Shown one piece after another: positions 16,588-26,188 of a stretch of 64,000 bases of DNA. The DNA comes from an uncultured Gemmatimonadota bacterium. GTDB taxonomy: Bacteria; SM23-81; DAOVCL01. Position numbers and translations under genes: made by a program. Position 1 is the first letter of the stretch; each line of letters begins with the position of its first letter. The notes under the pieces are model-generated. The model did no database searches and was not told the DNA's origin. It saw nothing but the letters and a program-made list of their open reading frames with translations. The stretch covers positions 32,001 through 96,000 of the forward strand of contig CAZVGK010000002.1 in assembly GCA_964626665.1 (NCBI GenBank), in the 5' to 3' direction.

Positions 16588-19500
16588 ATGAGAGGGAAAG
16601 AATTTTTATGTTTTCTGGCTGTGGTTTTGGTAGGGGTTATCGCTATACCGGCATTTGGTCAGAGCCAATTTGTCAAAGCCCTGGGGGGAAGCGACAGTGA
16701 TCAGGGGCGCTCTGTGATAGAGGTTTCCGATGGGGGGTTTGTCGTTGCGGGATTCACTCTCAGTTATGGTGCAGGTTCTTGGGATCTCCTCCTGACCAAG
16801 TTTGATTGTTTTGGGAATCACCTATGGGCAAGAACCCTTGGGGCAACCAACGATGATTTAGCCCTGTCTGTGACAGAAGTTTCTGATGGGGGGTTTGTCG
16901 TTGCCGGATACACTTATAGTTATGGCGCAGGTTATATGGATCTCCTCCTTACCAAGTTCGATGGTTCAGGGAATTGGCTGTGGACAAGAACCGTTGGGGG
17001 AACCGACTCTGATGTTGGGTACTCTGTGATAGAGGTCTCTGATGGGGGGCTTGTCGTTGCTGGATACACTTATAGTTACGGCGCAGGTTATTGTGATCTC
17101 CTCCTCACCAAGTTTGATGGTTCAGGGAATCATCTGTGGACAAGAACCGTTGGGGGAGCCAGTTATGATGTTGCGATCTCTGTGATAGAGGTTTCTGGTG
17201 GAGGGCTTATCGTTGCCGGACATGCTCAGAGTTGGGGAGCAGGTTCTTACGATTTCCTCCTTTCCAAGTTTGATGCTTATGGGAATCACCTGTGGACAAG
17301 AACCCTTGGAGGAGCCACTTATGATGTTGGGTACTCTGTGATAGAGGTTTCTGATGGGGGGCTTGTCGTTGCCGGATACACTACGAGTTATGGCGCAGGT
17401 TCCAATGACCTCCTCCTTTCCAAGTTTGATGGTTCAGGGAATCACCTGTGGACAAGAACCGTTGGGGGAACCAACGATGATATAGGGTTCTCTGTGGTAG
17501 AGGCTTCTGATGGGGGGGTTGTCGTTGCTGGATACACTGGGAGTTATGGCGCAGGTTCTTGGGATTTCCTTCTTACCAAGCTTGACGGTTCAGGGAATCA
17601 CCTGTGGACAAGAACCGTTGGGGGAACCGACTCTGATGTTGGGTACTCTGTGGTAGAGGTCTCTGATGGGGGGTTTGTCGTTGCCGGATACACTCAGAGT
17701 TATGGCACAGGTTATTATGATTTCCTCCTTGCCAAGTTTGATGGTTCAGGGAATACCTGCTGGCAGGAAGTTGTGATTCCCCTCGTCCAGAGCATATCTC
17801 CCACCATAACCTTCCCCTCCCCCACTGTCAACAGTTGGTCGCCGACCATAACCAGTCCAAGCCCCACAGTTACCTCGCCTGATCCAACTACAGTCGCGGT
17901 GTGCGAAATCTATCCGGACATTGATCTTTCTGCAACGAGCTACGACTACGGAGAGGTGATGTTTGGTGACTCAGCCGATTGGACGCTCTTCATCTACAAT
18001 AGGGGCACCTCAGACTTATCGGTTAGCGATCTTACCTCGGAGAATACAGACTTTGCGGTGGTATCTCCAAGTTTCCCGCAGACAGTGGATTCAGAAGACA
18101 GTATAGGAGCGCTGGTAAGGTTTACGCCATCAGAGTTGGGTGAGAGAGTTGACACTTTGACCATCTTCAGTAATGATCCTGATGAGCTGATTTTGCTCTT
18201 TCCCTTGAGTGGGATTGGTAGAGATGCCACTGGCCCAAGCATAACTCACGATTCAATAACCTCAGCCGACGAAGGGAACGAAATTAACATAACCGCTGCT
18301 ATAACGGATGAGGTGACTGGTGTAGAGGTGGCCTTTTTATATTATCGCAGAGGCGGCGAGGCAACTTTCGTCCAACAGACAATGCAGAATACCGATGAGG
18401 ATACCCTCTTCCAGGCTACCATTCCCGGCGCATCCGTTACTGAGAGGGGAGTTCAATACTATATATCAGCCACGGACAGCGCCTCAAATAGGGATTCGAC
18501 GGATGTTTATCCTGTCTCTGTTAGCATTACCGATCTGGCTATTGACGAACCCTTACCATCTGAATCCTACATGATGATATCACTCCCCATCCAGCCTTCT
18601 GATGGCAGTCCTCAAGCCATTTTGGTCGACGATCTGGGTGCTTACGATGACACCAAATGGCGATTAGGTCGATGGAGTCCTGCTAGTAATGGCTATCATG
18701 AGTATACGGTGAATTGGAATGCTACTCAGGATAACTTCCGCACGGGGCGGGGATACTGGCTGATTGTGAAGGATTCGAAGAGGATCGATGTGAGTGGGAC
18801 ATCCGTGGATGTCACTGGAGATTATACTATCGTTTTGCAGCCGGAGTGGAATCAGATCGGTTGCCCCTTTGCCTTTGACATCTGGTGGGATGGGGTCATT
18901 AAGGGGGAGAATGTGCAGGATTATCTGTACCGTTATCATGATGGAGGCTATAAGCCTGCTCCTTACATGAAACCTTGGCAGGGGTATTGGGTAAGGAATT
19001 TAGGTTCTGTTCCTGATACCATTTGGGTTCCTCCAACGGAGGCTGGGTCTACATTACCGAAAGCAGTATCAGCCTCTAGCCTGGAAAAACTTTGGGAAAT
19101 CAAGTTATCTGTGAGATGTGGAAGCTTCGGAGATGGTTACAATTACTTGGGAGTTTCCCCTGATGCCTCAGATGAATGGGATCGTTTAGATTTCTTCGAA
19201 CCACCCCCGGCTTGGACCTATGTTTCCTTATACTTCCCTCACAAAGATCAAAGGTTACAACCTGGAGATTATACTACCGATTTCAGGCCAGAGTTTGACG
19301 ATGGCCAGATCTGGGAGTTTGACGTTAAGACAAATATCTCGCTATCTGATATGGAGCTCAACATAGATCAGATAGAGTCAGTTCCTACAAAGTTCGAGGT
19401 TTACCTTTTCGATATTGAGAGACACCGGGTTCTGAACCTGAGAGACGAGAGCAGATACTGCTTCAATTCTGGTGAGAGCGATAGAGAATTCAGAGTAGCC

Positions 19501-19839
19501 ATCGGAACTCCCGAATACATCCACAAGGTTATGGGTGAATTTTCTTCCATACCTGCTGAATTCTCCCTCTCCCAGAACTACCCCAATCCATTTAATCCAA
19601 CTACAGCTATCAGCTATCAGCTATCAGGGGTCAGTCCGCACCCTACCACCCTGAAAATTTACAATATCTTGGGGCAGGAGGTGAGAACTTTAGTGGATAG
19701 AGAACAAGCCCCTGGCTACTACTCGGTGAGATGGGATGGGCGGGATGGTTTGGGAAAAGAGGTCTCCAGCGGGGTTTACTTTTACCGGCTAAAGGCAGGA
19801 AACTACACTCAGATTAAACGGATGATCTTGCTTAAGTGA
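16588..19839 (+). CDS. secreted 7-repeat beta-propeller/Ig protein with C-terminal FlgD-Ig (T9SS type A-like) sorting domain
   Basis: signal peptide; seven ~50-aa repeats; Pro/Thr/Ser linker; LSQNYPNPFNP...LKIYNILGQEV...WDG....VSSGVYFYRL. Confidence 0.9.
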   Translation: MRGKEFLCFLAVVLVGVIAIPAFGQSQFVKALGGSDSDQGRSVIEVSDGGFVVAGFTLSYGAGSWDLLLTKFDCFGNHLWARTLGATNDDLALSVTEVSDGGFVVAGYTYSYGAGYMDLLLTKFDGSGNWLWTRTVGGTDSDVGYSVIEVSDGGLVVAGYTYSYGAGYCDLLLTKFDGSGNHLWTRTVGGASYDVAISVIEVSGGGLIVAGHAQSWGAGSYDFLLSKFDAYGNHLWTRTLGGATYDVGYSVIEVSDGGLVVAGYTTSYGAGSNDLLLSKFDGSGNHLWTRTVGGTNDDIGFSVVEASDGGVVVAGYTGSYGAGSWDFLLTKLDGSGNHLWTRTVGGTDSDVGYSVVEVSDGGFVVAGYTQSYGTGYYDFLLAKFDGSGNTCWQEVVIPLVQSISPTITFPSPTVNSWSPTITSPSPTVTSPDPTTVAVCEIYPDIDLSATSYDYGEVMFGDSADWTLFIYNRGTSDLSVSDLTSENTDFAVVSPSFPQTVDSEDSIGALVRFTPSELGERVDTLTIFSNDPDELILLFPLSGIGRDATGPSITHDSITSADEGNEINITAAITDEVTGVEVAFLYYRRGGEATFVQQTMQNTDEDTLFQATIPGASVTERGVQYYISATDSASNRDSTDVYPVSVSITDLAIDEPLPSESYMMISLPIQPSDGSPQAILVDDLGAYDDTKWRLGRWSPASNGYHEYTVNWNATQDNFRTGRGYWLIVKDSKRIDVSGTSVDVTGDYTIVLQPEWNQIGCPFAFDIWWDGVIKGENVQDYLYRYHDGGYKPAPYMKPWQGYWVRNLGSVPDTIWVPPTEAGSTLPKAVSASSLEKLWEIKLSVRCGSFGDGYNYLGVSPDASDEWDRLDFFEPPPAWTYVSLYFPHKDQRLQPGDYTTDFRPEFDDGQIWEFDVKTNISLSDMELNIDQIESVPTKFEVYLFDIERHRVLNLRDESRYCFNSGESDREFRVAIGTPEYIHKVMGEFSSIPAEFSLSQNYPNPFNPTTAISYQLSGVSPHPTTLKIYNILGQEVRTLVDREQAPGYYSVRWDGRDGLGKEVSSGVYFYRLKAGNYTQIKRMILLK

Positions 19840-19863
19840 GAGTTTCTTGTCCCTTGAAACATT

Positions 19864-19898
19864 AAACCTCCCGCAGGTTTGAAACCTGCGGGAGGTTT
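19864..19898. terminator. perfect palindrome after the gene (terminator and/or REP)
   Basis: AAACCTCCCGCAGGTTT-G-AAACCTGCGGGAGGTTT followed by CTATTT. Confidence 0.65.
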
Positions 19899-20366
19899 CT
19901 ATTTGGCTTGTTAGGGGCAAGAACCCCCTCAGCACAGGGGAAGGTATAGAGAAGTTGAGGTTCGTCTATTTTTGAAACTCATCATTTAGGCTGATCTTCA
20001 TCAATAGGCAGGTGCGCCTCCTGGGCCTCCCGGGTTCCTGTCTAAAGGGAAGCAACCTTACCCGGATTATTCATAGACTTCAACTACGAAGGCACTAAGC
20101 CATTAAGAATATGAGAAATCAGAACACTTTGTTTTGTAAATTGAATTACTCTGCATTGGTCTTTGACCTTATTATTCTATCCCCTATTCTACCAACACTT
20201 TGAGGCTTGGGGGCTTTGTGGCGTGAATAATTCAGGTTAGTGCCCTGAGATCATAACCCTTGAGGATCTCGGTTTGATTGCGCGAGGAGACAAAACCTTA
20301 GACCATAATAAAATACCGCCATAACATCCAGGGGGGAGTGGAAACTTTTTATAGGTGATCCAACTT

Positions 20367-21647
20367 TTACCCATATCTAAACCACTTCACCAGCTCTGGC
20401 AGGCTTGGCCTCTTGCCATACATCAGGATCCCCACCCGATAGATCCTGCTTACCACCCAGACCATAGCAACGATAGATGAACCAAGCAGAACCAGGGAGA
20501 GGAGAATCTGCCAGAGAGGTGGGGTCTGCACGGCTATACGGGTAAACATAATTATGGGGGCAAAGAAGGGAATAAGGGAGAAGAGAACGGCAAGTCCTGA
20601 GTTCGGATTTCCAATCACATAGAACATTAGCATAAAGGGGATGATCAACAAGGCCACTAAGGGCATCTGAAGATGTTGGGCATCCTCATCGGAGCTGACC
20701 ATCGCCCCTACTCCGGCATAAAGGGTAGCATAGAGGAAGTAGCCCAGGAGGAAGAAGAGGACGAAGAAGAAGAGAAGCGATATGGGAATCCCCGGGAGGG
20801 ATAAGGGACCCATCTCCCCGGCAAGAGAGCTCACTAAACTCCTTCCATAAAGGGAGAGCCCCCCCACTATCAGAGACCAGATAAGAAACTGGGTAAGACC
20901 CACCCCTCCAACCCCCAAGATCTTCCCGGCCATAAGCTGAAAGGGCTTGACGGCCGAGACTATCACCTCCACCATCCGGGAGCTTTTCTCCTCTATCACT
21001 CCCCGCATAACCATCACCCCATAGATTATAAGGGATATGTAGAGAAAGAAGACCAAAATGTAGGTGATCATAAAGGTGGCACCAGTATCCTCCTCCTCCT
21101 TCCCCCGACCTGTTACCTTGAAAGTCCTCAGGTTTACCCCCTTAGCCAGTTTCCTAACCCTCTCAGGGTCAAGCCCACTGTTGCTTAACCTGAAATGGGA
21201 TACTGCCTTAGAAACCGCTCCCTCCAGATTCTCGTTCACCCTAAAGTTGCTTACATTCCGGGCATAGAACTGCGCCTGGTTTCTCTCAAAGATATCTTTG
21301 GGGATAACCAAATAGCCATCAATTTCTCCTTCATCAACCTTTTCGGTAAGCTCCTTACGAACCTCTGGCAACTCTTCAGGAGATGTCTCAACCTTGGAGA
21401 GTTTATAGAGGCTAATCCCGCCCTTTGTGGTATCTTTTAAGGCGGCCTTTAAACCAGGGAAGATTCTGTCCGTCTGGTCAATAATGAATATCTTCTTTGG
21501 TTTCTCGCTTTTCAGAGTCATCAAAAGAGCAGGGGCTACGGTGAGAATCCCAATAACAATTGGCATAGCCAGGGTGCCGATGATGAAGCCTTTTGTCCTC
21601 ACCCTGGTCAGATATTCCCTCTTTATCACAGCACCCACCTTTCTCAT
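20367..21647 (-). CDS. ABC-2 permease (NatB-like)
   Basis: KREYL.RVRTK.F, V.EEK..R..EV, GKI.G, multiple TM helices, IYRVGILMYGK. Confidence 0.92.
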   Translation of the reverse strand: MRKVGAVIKREYLTRVRTKGFIIGTLAMPIVIGILTVAPALLMTLKSEKPKKIFIIDQTDRIFPGLKAALKDTTKGGISLYKLSKVETSPEELPEVRKELTEKVDEGEIDGYLVIPKDIFERNQAQFYARNVSNFRVNENLEGAVSKAVSHFRLSNSGLDPERVRKLAKGVNLRTFKVTGRGKEEEDTGATFMITYILVFFLYISLIIYGVMVMRGVIEEKSSRMVEVIVSAVKPFQLMAGKILGVGGVGLTQFLIWSLIVGGLSLYGRSLVSSLAGEMGPLSLPGIPISLLFFFVLFFLLGYFLYATLYAGVGAMVSSDEDAQHLQMPLVALLIIPFMLMFYVIGNPNSGLAVLFSLIPFFAPIIMFTRIAVQTPPLWQILLSLVLLGSSIVAMVWVVSRIYRVGILMYGKRPSLPELVKWFRYG

Positions 21648-22546
21648 CTCTCTCCCCTCTGCACGGTCTTGATGAATATCTCATTTAGCGATGGTTCAAC
21701 CAGCTCAAACTTGGAGATAATCACCTCCTTAGTGGCTCTCCGCAAGATCTCCTGAGGATTGACTCCTACAGAGGGACGGACCTCCACATATCTTCCGTAA
21801 TCATCAAAGTTTTCCACGATTCCCCTATCCTGGAGAAAATCGGCTTGCCCCTCATATTCTAACACAATCATATTCTTCCCATAGCTGGCTTTTATCCCAT
21901 TTAGATTGCCATCCAGCACCTTCCTCCCCTCGTTTATCAGGCAGATTTGGTCGCAGAGCTTTTCGGCCTGTTCCATCAGATGGGTAGAGAGGATGATGGA
22001 TACCCCCTTCTTCTTCTCCTCCAACATCACCTCCTTGACCAAGTTGATATTTAGCGGATCCAGGCCGGTAAAAGGCTCATCTAAGATGGCTAACTGGGGA
22101 GAGTGGAGCAGGGTAACAATAAACTGCAGCTTCTGCTGCATCCCCCGGGAGAGTTCCTCCACCTTTTTCCCTCCCCAAGCGGAGAGGTCAAACCTCTCCA
22201 GCCAATTATTTATCCTTTCCTTAGCAATTGTCTTTTTAACCCCCTTTAACTCGGCGAGAAAATAGAGCAAGGGTTCGACCTTCATCTTGCGGTAGAGCCC
22301 CCTCTCCTCAGGGAGGTATCCCACCCTGTCCCGGATTGAGGAGGAATTAGGCTTGCCGAGGATGGTTATCTCCCCTCTGTCTGGGGCCAGGATATCCATA
22401 ATCATCCTAATTGTGGTGGTTTTCCCTGCACCGTTAGGGCCTAAAAGGCCATAGATACACCCCCCCTCCACACTAAGGTCAAGCTCCTTGACCGCATCGA
22501 TGCTGCCAAAGGACTTGGTTACACCCCTCAGGGTCAGTAATTCCAC
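21644..22546 (-). CDS. ABC ATP-binding protein (NatA/YhaQ-like)
   Basis: GPNGAGKTT, LSRGMQQK, ILDEPF, STH, EPSLNEIFI. Confidence 0.95.
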   Translation of the reverse strand: MELLTLRGVTKSFGSIDAVKELDLSVEGGCIYGLLGPNGAGKTTTIRMIMDILAPDRGEITILGKPNSSSIRDRVGYLPEERGLYRKMKVEPLLYFLAELKGVKKTIAKERINNWLERFDLSAWGGKKVEELSRGMQQKLQFIVTLLHSPQLAILDEPFTGLDPLNINLVKEVMLEEKKKGVSIILSTHLMEQAEKLCDQICLINEGRKVLDGNLNGIKASYGKNMIVLEYEGQADFLQDRGIVENFDDYGRYVEVRPSVGVNPQEILRRATKEVIISKFELVEPSLNEIFIKTVQRGER

Positions 22547-23043
22547 TTATCCTCCCTGGCCTGTATGCTCGTTTTAACAATGGCCATCTTAATGTAAAAG
22601 CCAGTTTGGCCCAGACAAAAATGGCCCCAGCTCTGATGGACTTCTCTAATTGGATCAACCCTATTGTCACCTAATATAACGGGTTAATTCCCCACTGTCA
22701 ACAACTACTATTTTAGCTGGAACCGCAAGGAGATGCAATCCCGGGTTTTATCTCCGGATTAAGCATTTTAACAAAACATCAATTTTTCAGCAGTTCCAGT
22801 GCCACCCAGCGCTTGTTCGCCTAATTTAATAGGCCGGGTAGGTTAATGGATAAGTGCCCTCAGGCAAATTCCCTCAGATTTGCCTTGTATTTTGAAAAAA
22901 AGAGGGTATTATTAAAGGGAGCAACCCCCATTTGGCAAGGGCTCACCTCAATAAAAGATAGCGGAGTTAAAGGGAACCTGGGAAAGGGGAGCTGGGTTAC
23001 TAAGGGGGCAAAATTTAACTGGAGCATTAGGGAGGTGTTTAAA

Positions 23044-23364
23044 ATGATCGAGCTGCTCAGAAAGACCTTGCTGATGGGGATAGGTGCGGCCACCCTCACC
23101 AAGGAGAAGATAGATGGTCTGGTCGATGAGTTAGTGAAAAAGGGAGAGATAGCCAGCAAGGAGGGACCTGAGTTAGTGAAGGAGTTTCTGGAGGAGTCTC
23201 AAAAGGCTAAGAAGGAGCTGGAGAAAAGAGTAGATGAGGCCACCCAGAAGGCCTTAAAGAAGCTGAATTTGGCCAGCGGAACGGAGATGAAGGAGCTTAA
23301 GGCCAGGGTAAAGGAGCTGGAAAAGAGGATGGGAGATGAATCGGGCTCGGGAGGTATTTCCTAA
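23044..23364 (+). CDS. phasin-family protein
   Basis: L.K.LL.GIGA..LTKEK....VDELVKKGE; ATG at 23044 after GGAGGTG; typical partner of ubiB. Confidence 0.85.
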   Translation: MIELLRKTLLMGIGAATLTKEKIDGLVDELVKKGEIASKEGPELVKEFLEESQKAKKELEKRVDEATQKALKKLNLASGTEMKELKARVKELEKRMGDESGSGGIS

Positions 23365-23423
23365 GAATGTTCCTTGGTCTTAGCCAGATCGGGCAGGAGA
23401 TAGCATCATTGGTCGCCTGAACA

Positions 23424-25118
23424 ATGACAGCTAAGAATCTGATCAGATTAGGGAAAGCCTACCGTCACCTAAAAAGATATCGCCAAATTATCGAGGTGAT
23501 GATCAAGTATGGCTTTGGCGATATCTTGGAGAGGCTGAGGATTGAGGCCTATCTGAGGATTCGCCCCCGGGTTTTCTCCAAATCCAAAGGTAAGGAACTG
23601 ATCAGAGCGAGAGAGGCCGAGAGGGTGAGAATGGCCTTGGAGGAGCTTGGCCCCACCTTCGTCAAATTGGGGCAAGTGCTCAGCCTGCGGCCTGATTTAA
23701 TTCCCTGGAACTTCGTTAGGGAATTTCGCAAGCTGCAGGATGAGGTCTCCCCCTTTGGATATGAAGAGGTGGACAGGCTAATAGAGGAGCAGTTGGGAGG
23801 TCGGCCAAAGAACCTCTTCAAGCGGTTTGACCCACTGCCCCTGGCCGCAGCCTCCCTCTCCCAGGTCCATCCTGGGATCACCCTAAAGGGTGAGGAGGTA
23901 GTCATCAAGGTGCAACGCCCCCAGATCAAGGAAACTGTGGAGGCAGATGTGGAGATACTCTATGATTTAGCTAAGCTTGCTGAGAGGCAAATAGCTGAGT
24001 TCAGGCCTTATGATCCGGTGGGGATAGTTGAAGAATTTTCCGCCTCGATCCGTCGGGAGCTTGACTTTATCCGGGAAGGAAGAAGCATTGAGAGGTTTGC
24101 CTACAATTTCCAGGATGACCCCACAGTTTATGTGCCACGGGTGTTTTGGGGGTTGACCACCTCAAAGGTTTTGACTATGGAACGAATTCGGGGGATAAAG
24201 GTCTCCCAGATGAAAGAGCTCAGGGAAGCGGGCCTGGACCCTCAACAGATAGCCATAAATGGGGCCCAAGCCATATTGAAACAGATATTTGAGTATGGCT
24301 TCTTTCATGCCGATCCCCATCCGGGCAATATCTTTGTCCTCAAGGGAAATGTCATTGCCCCTTTGGACTATGGGATGATGGGTAGGTTGGACGATGAGAT
24401 GAAAGAGGCGTTGGGAGCGCTCCTCGCCGCCCTGGTTAATAAGGATGTAAAGAGGACAACCAAACTCCTCTTGAGGATGGGAGTGGCTCAGGAGGAGATA
24501 GACAGAAGGGGGTTCGAACGGGAAGTGGATGAACTTCTCAATTGCTACATAGGAATTCCTTTGAGCCAATTGGATATGAAAAATATCTTTAATGAAATCT
24601 TCCCCCTTCTCTCCAAATACCGCTTAAGGATCCCCTCTGATTTTGCCCTTATGGGTAGGGCGCTGGTAACCGCCGAGGGGGTAGGAAGGGGATTAGACCC
24701 TGAGTTCGATATCCTCCCTTTGGCTAAACCCTATGTAAAAAAGCTTATGCTCAAAAGGATAGGTCTGCGGCGGGGGCTAAGGGCATTGCAGGACCTCTGG
24801 GAAGATCTCAGTGACCTCTTTACCCATCTCCCAGGGGATATCGAGCAGATACTCGCTAAGACCAAAAGGGGAGAGCTGGTGGTCAAGTTCGAACACCAGG
24901 GTTTGGAACATCTCATCCTAGCCTTAGACAAGTCGAGCAATCGGCTCTCCTTTAGCCTGATCATAGCCGCCCTGATTATCGGTTCCTCCCTGGTGATGCA
25001 GTTAAACAAGGGCCCACAGCTCTTTGGCTTTCCGGTTTTTGGTGTTTTAGGATTTCTTATTGCCGGTCTCTTTGGTCTCTGGTTGGTGGTGGCCATATTA
25101 AGGTCTGGCAGGTTGTAG
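23424..25118 (+). CDS. ubiB: ABC1/AarF/UbiB-family kinase
   Basis: LEELGPTFVKLGQ.LS.RPD, AAASLSQVH, VIKVQRP, FFHADPHPGN, LDYGM. Confidence 0.92.
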   Translation: MTAKNLIRLGKAYRHLKRYRQIIEVMIKYGFGDILERLRIEAYLRIRPRVFSKSKGKELIRAREAERVRMALEELGPTFVKLGQVLSLRPDLIPWNFVREFRKLQDEVSPFGYEEVDRLIEEQLGGRPKNLFKRFDPLPLAAASLSQVHPGITLKGEEVVIKVQRPQIKETVEADVEILYDLAKLAERQIAEFRPYDPVGIVEEFSASIRRELDFIREGRSIERFAYNFQDDPTVYVPRVFWGLTTSKVLTMERIRGIKVSQMKELREAGLDPQQIAINGAQAILKQIFEYGFFHADPHPGNIFVLKGNVIAPLDYGMMGRLDDEMKEALGALLAALVNKDVKRTTKLLLRMGVAQEEIDRRGFEREVDELLNCYIGIPLSQLDMKNIFNEIFPLLSKYRLRIPSDFALMGRALVTAEGVGRGLDPEFDILPLAKPYVKKLMLKRIGLRRGLRALQDLWEDLSDLFTHLPGDIEQILAKTKRGELVVKFEHQGLEHLILALDKSSNRLSFSLIIAALIIGSSLVMQLNKGPQLFGFPVFGVLGFLIAGLFGLWLVVAILRSGRL

Positions 25119-25298
25119 TGCGGGTTAAAGGCCTTCATGCTCCTCTCTGGGGCTGAAGCCCCAGGAACCCCGGCTATTCCCCCCGAACCGGACGGATCGG
25201 GAAAGCCGGATAGAGCGAGATTGCTTCGTCTGCCTGTGACACGCAGACAGGTCGCTTCGCTTCCTGCAATTACCAATAAAGGAAGGCGAATAGATAAG

Positions 25299-25715
25299 AT
25301 GATAGTTGCCGTTGTTGATGGTTTGGGTGGGGGGATTGGAGCCCAGATGGTCTCTGAGCTTAGGGGAACTCTACCTGAGGATGTGGAGATCTGGGCGTTA
25401 GGAACAAATGCGGTGGCTACTGCCAATATGATAAAGGCGGGGGCCCGGCGGGGGGTCTCGGGGGAGAACGCCATCTGCTACACCTTAAGATCTGTTGATC
25501 TTATCACTGGCCCCTTAGGCATCGTTCTGGCCAATTCTATGATGGGAGAGCTTACCCCCAAAGCCGCTGAGGCCACAGCCTCCTCACCGGCGGTAAAGGT
25601 ACTTCTTCCCATCGATATCTGTGGAGTGGAAATTGTAGGGACAAAGAAAGAGCCCCTATCCCACCTGATCAAGAAACTTGCGGCCCGAATTGCAGCTATC
25701 GTCAGAGACCGCTAA
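25299..25715 (+). CDS. DUF3842 family protein
   Basis: IVAVVDG.GGGIG, ALGTNA.AT..M.KAGA..G.SGENAI, GELTP; likely start ATG 25299. Confidence 0.88.
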   Translation: MIVAVVDGLGGGIGAQMVSELRGTLPEDVEIWALGTNAVATANMIKAGARRGVSGENAICYTLRSVDLITGPLGIVLANSMMGELTPKAAEATASSPAVKVLLPIDICGVEIVGTKKEPLSHLIKKLAARIAAIVRDR

Positions 25716-26188
25716 CCACGGCCTTGGCAACCGGAAATAATCGGGGCCTTGAGGGCCCTGTATGGGGTTAAAGCCCTGGGGAGGTCCCCCCAGCTAAAGC
25801 TGGGTAGAAGAACGGAAAATGGAAATTAGAAATTGGGAAACACTCGGAGTAACCTCATGGGGAACAACTCAGCCGTCCGCTTTTAGCATTTCTATTTTCC
25901 CATTTTCTTATTTTCCTAATTTCCGCCTTTCCGATCTACGATAGTAGTTTCCCCCCATGAGTAAAATCCCTGTAATCTGTGGTCTTGTTTGGTCGCGGTT
26001 TTGCCGCGCTGTATCTATCCACCCCCAAAGTGGTAATTCTTATTGCAATCGGGGTATCTGAATACCTCAGAAATGTCTGCAGACAGATATTAAGGAGGTG
26101 AAAATTCCTTTTCATGCAACCGGTGAGCCAGAAGCTTGCCTCTGTAGTTCGAAGCTAAAGTCCAACCCTAAAAATTTGGAGGCAGGTA

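Noticed and set aside
22846-23043. N-terminal extensions in the ORF track (also 25137, 38145, 40406)
   Set aside because: Downstream ATGs have a better RBS or coupling and match family N-termini
25930-26188. Cobalamin riboswitch upstream of the TonB receptor
   Set aside because: No recognisable GGGAA...GCCCCCGC/GCCACTG core; would need an Rfam scan to exclude fully
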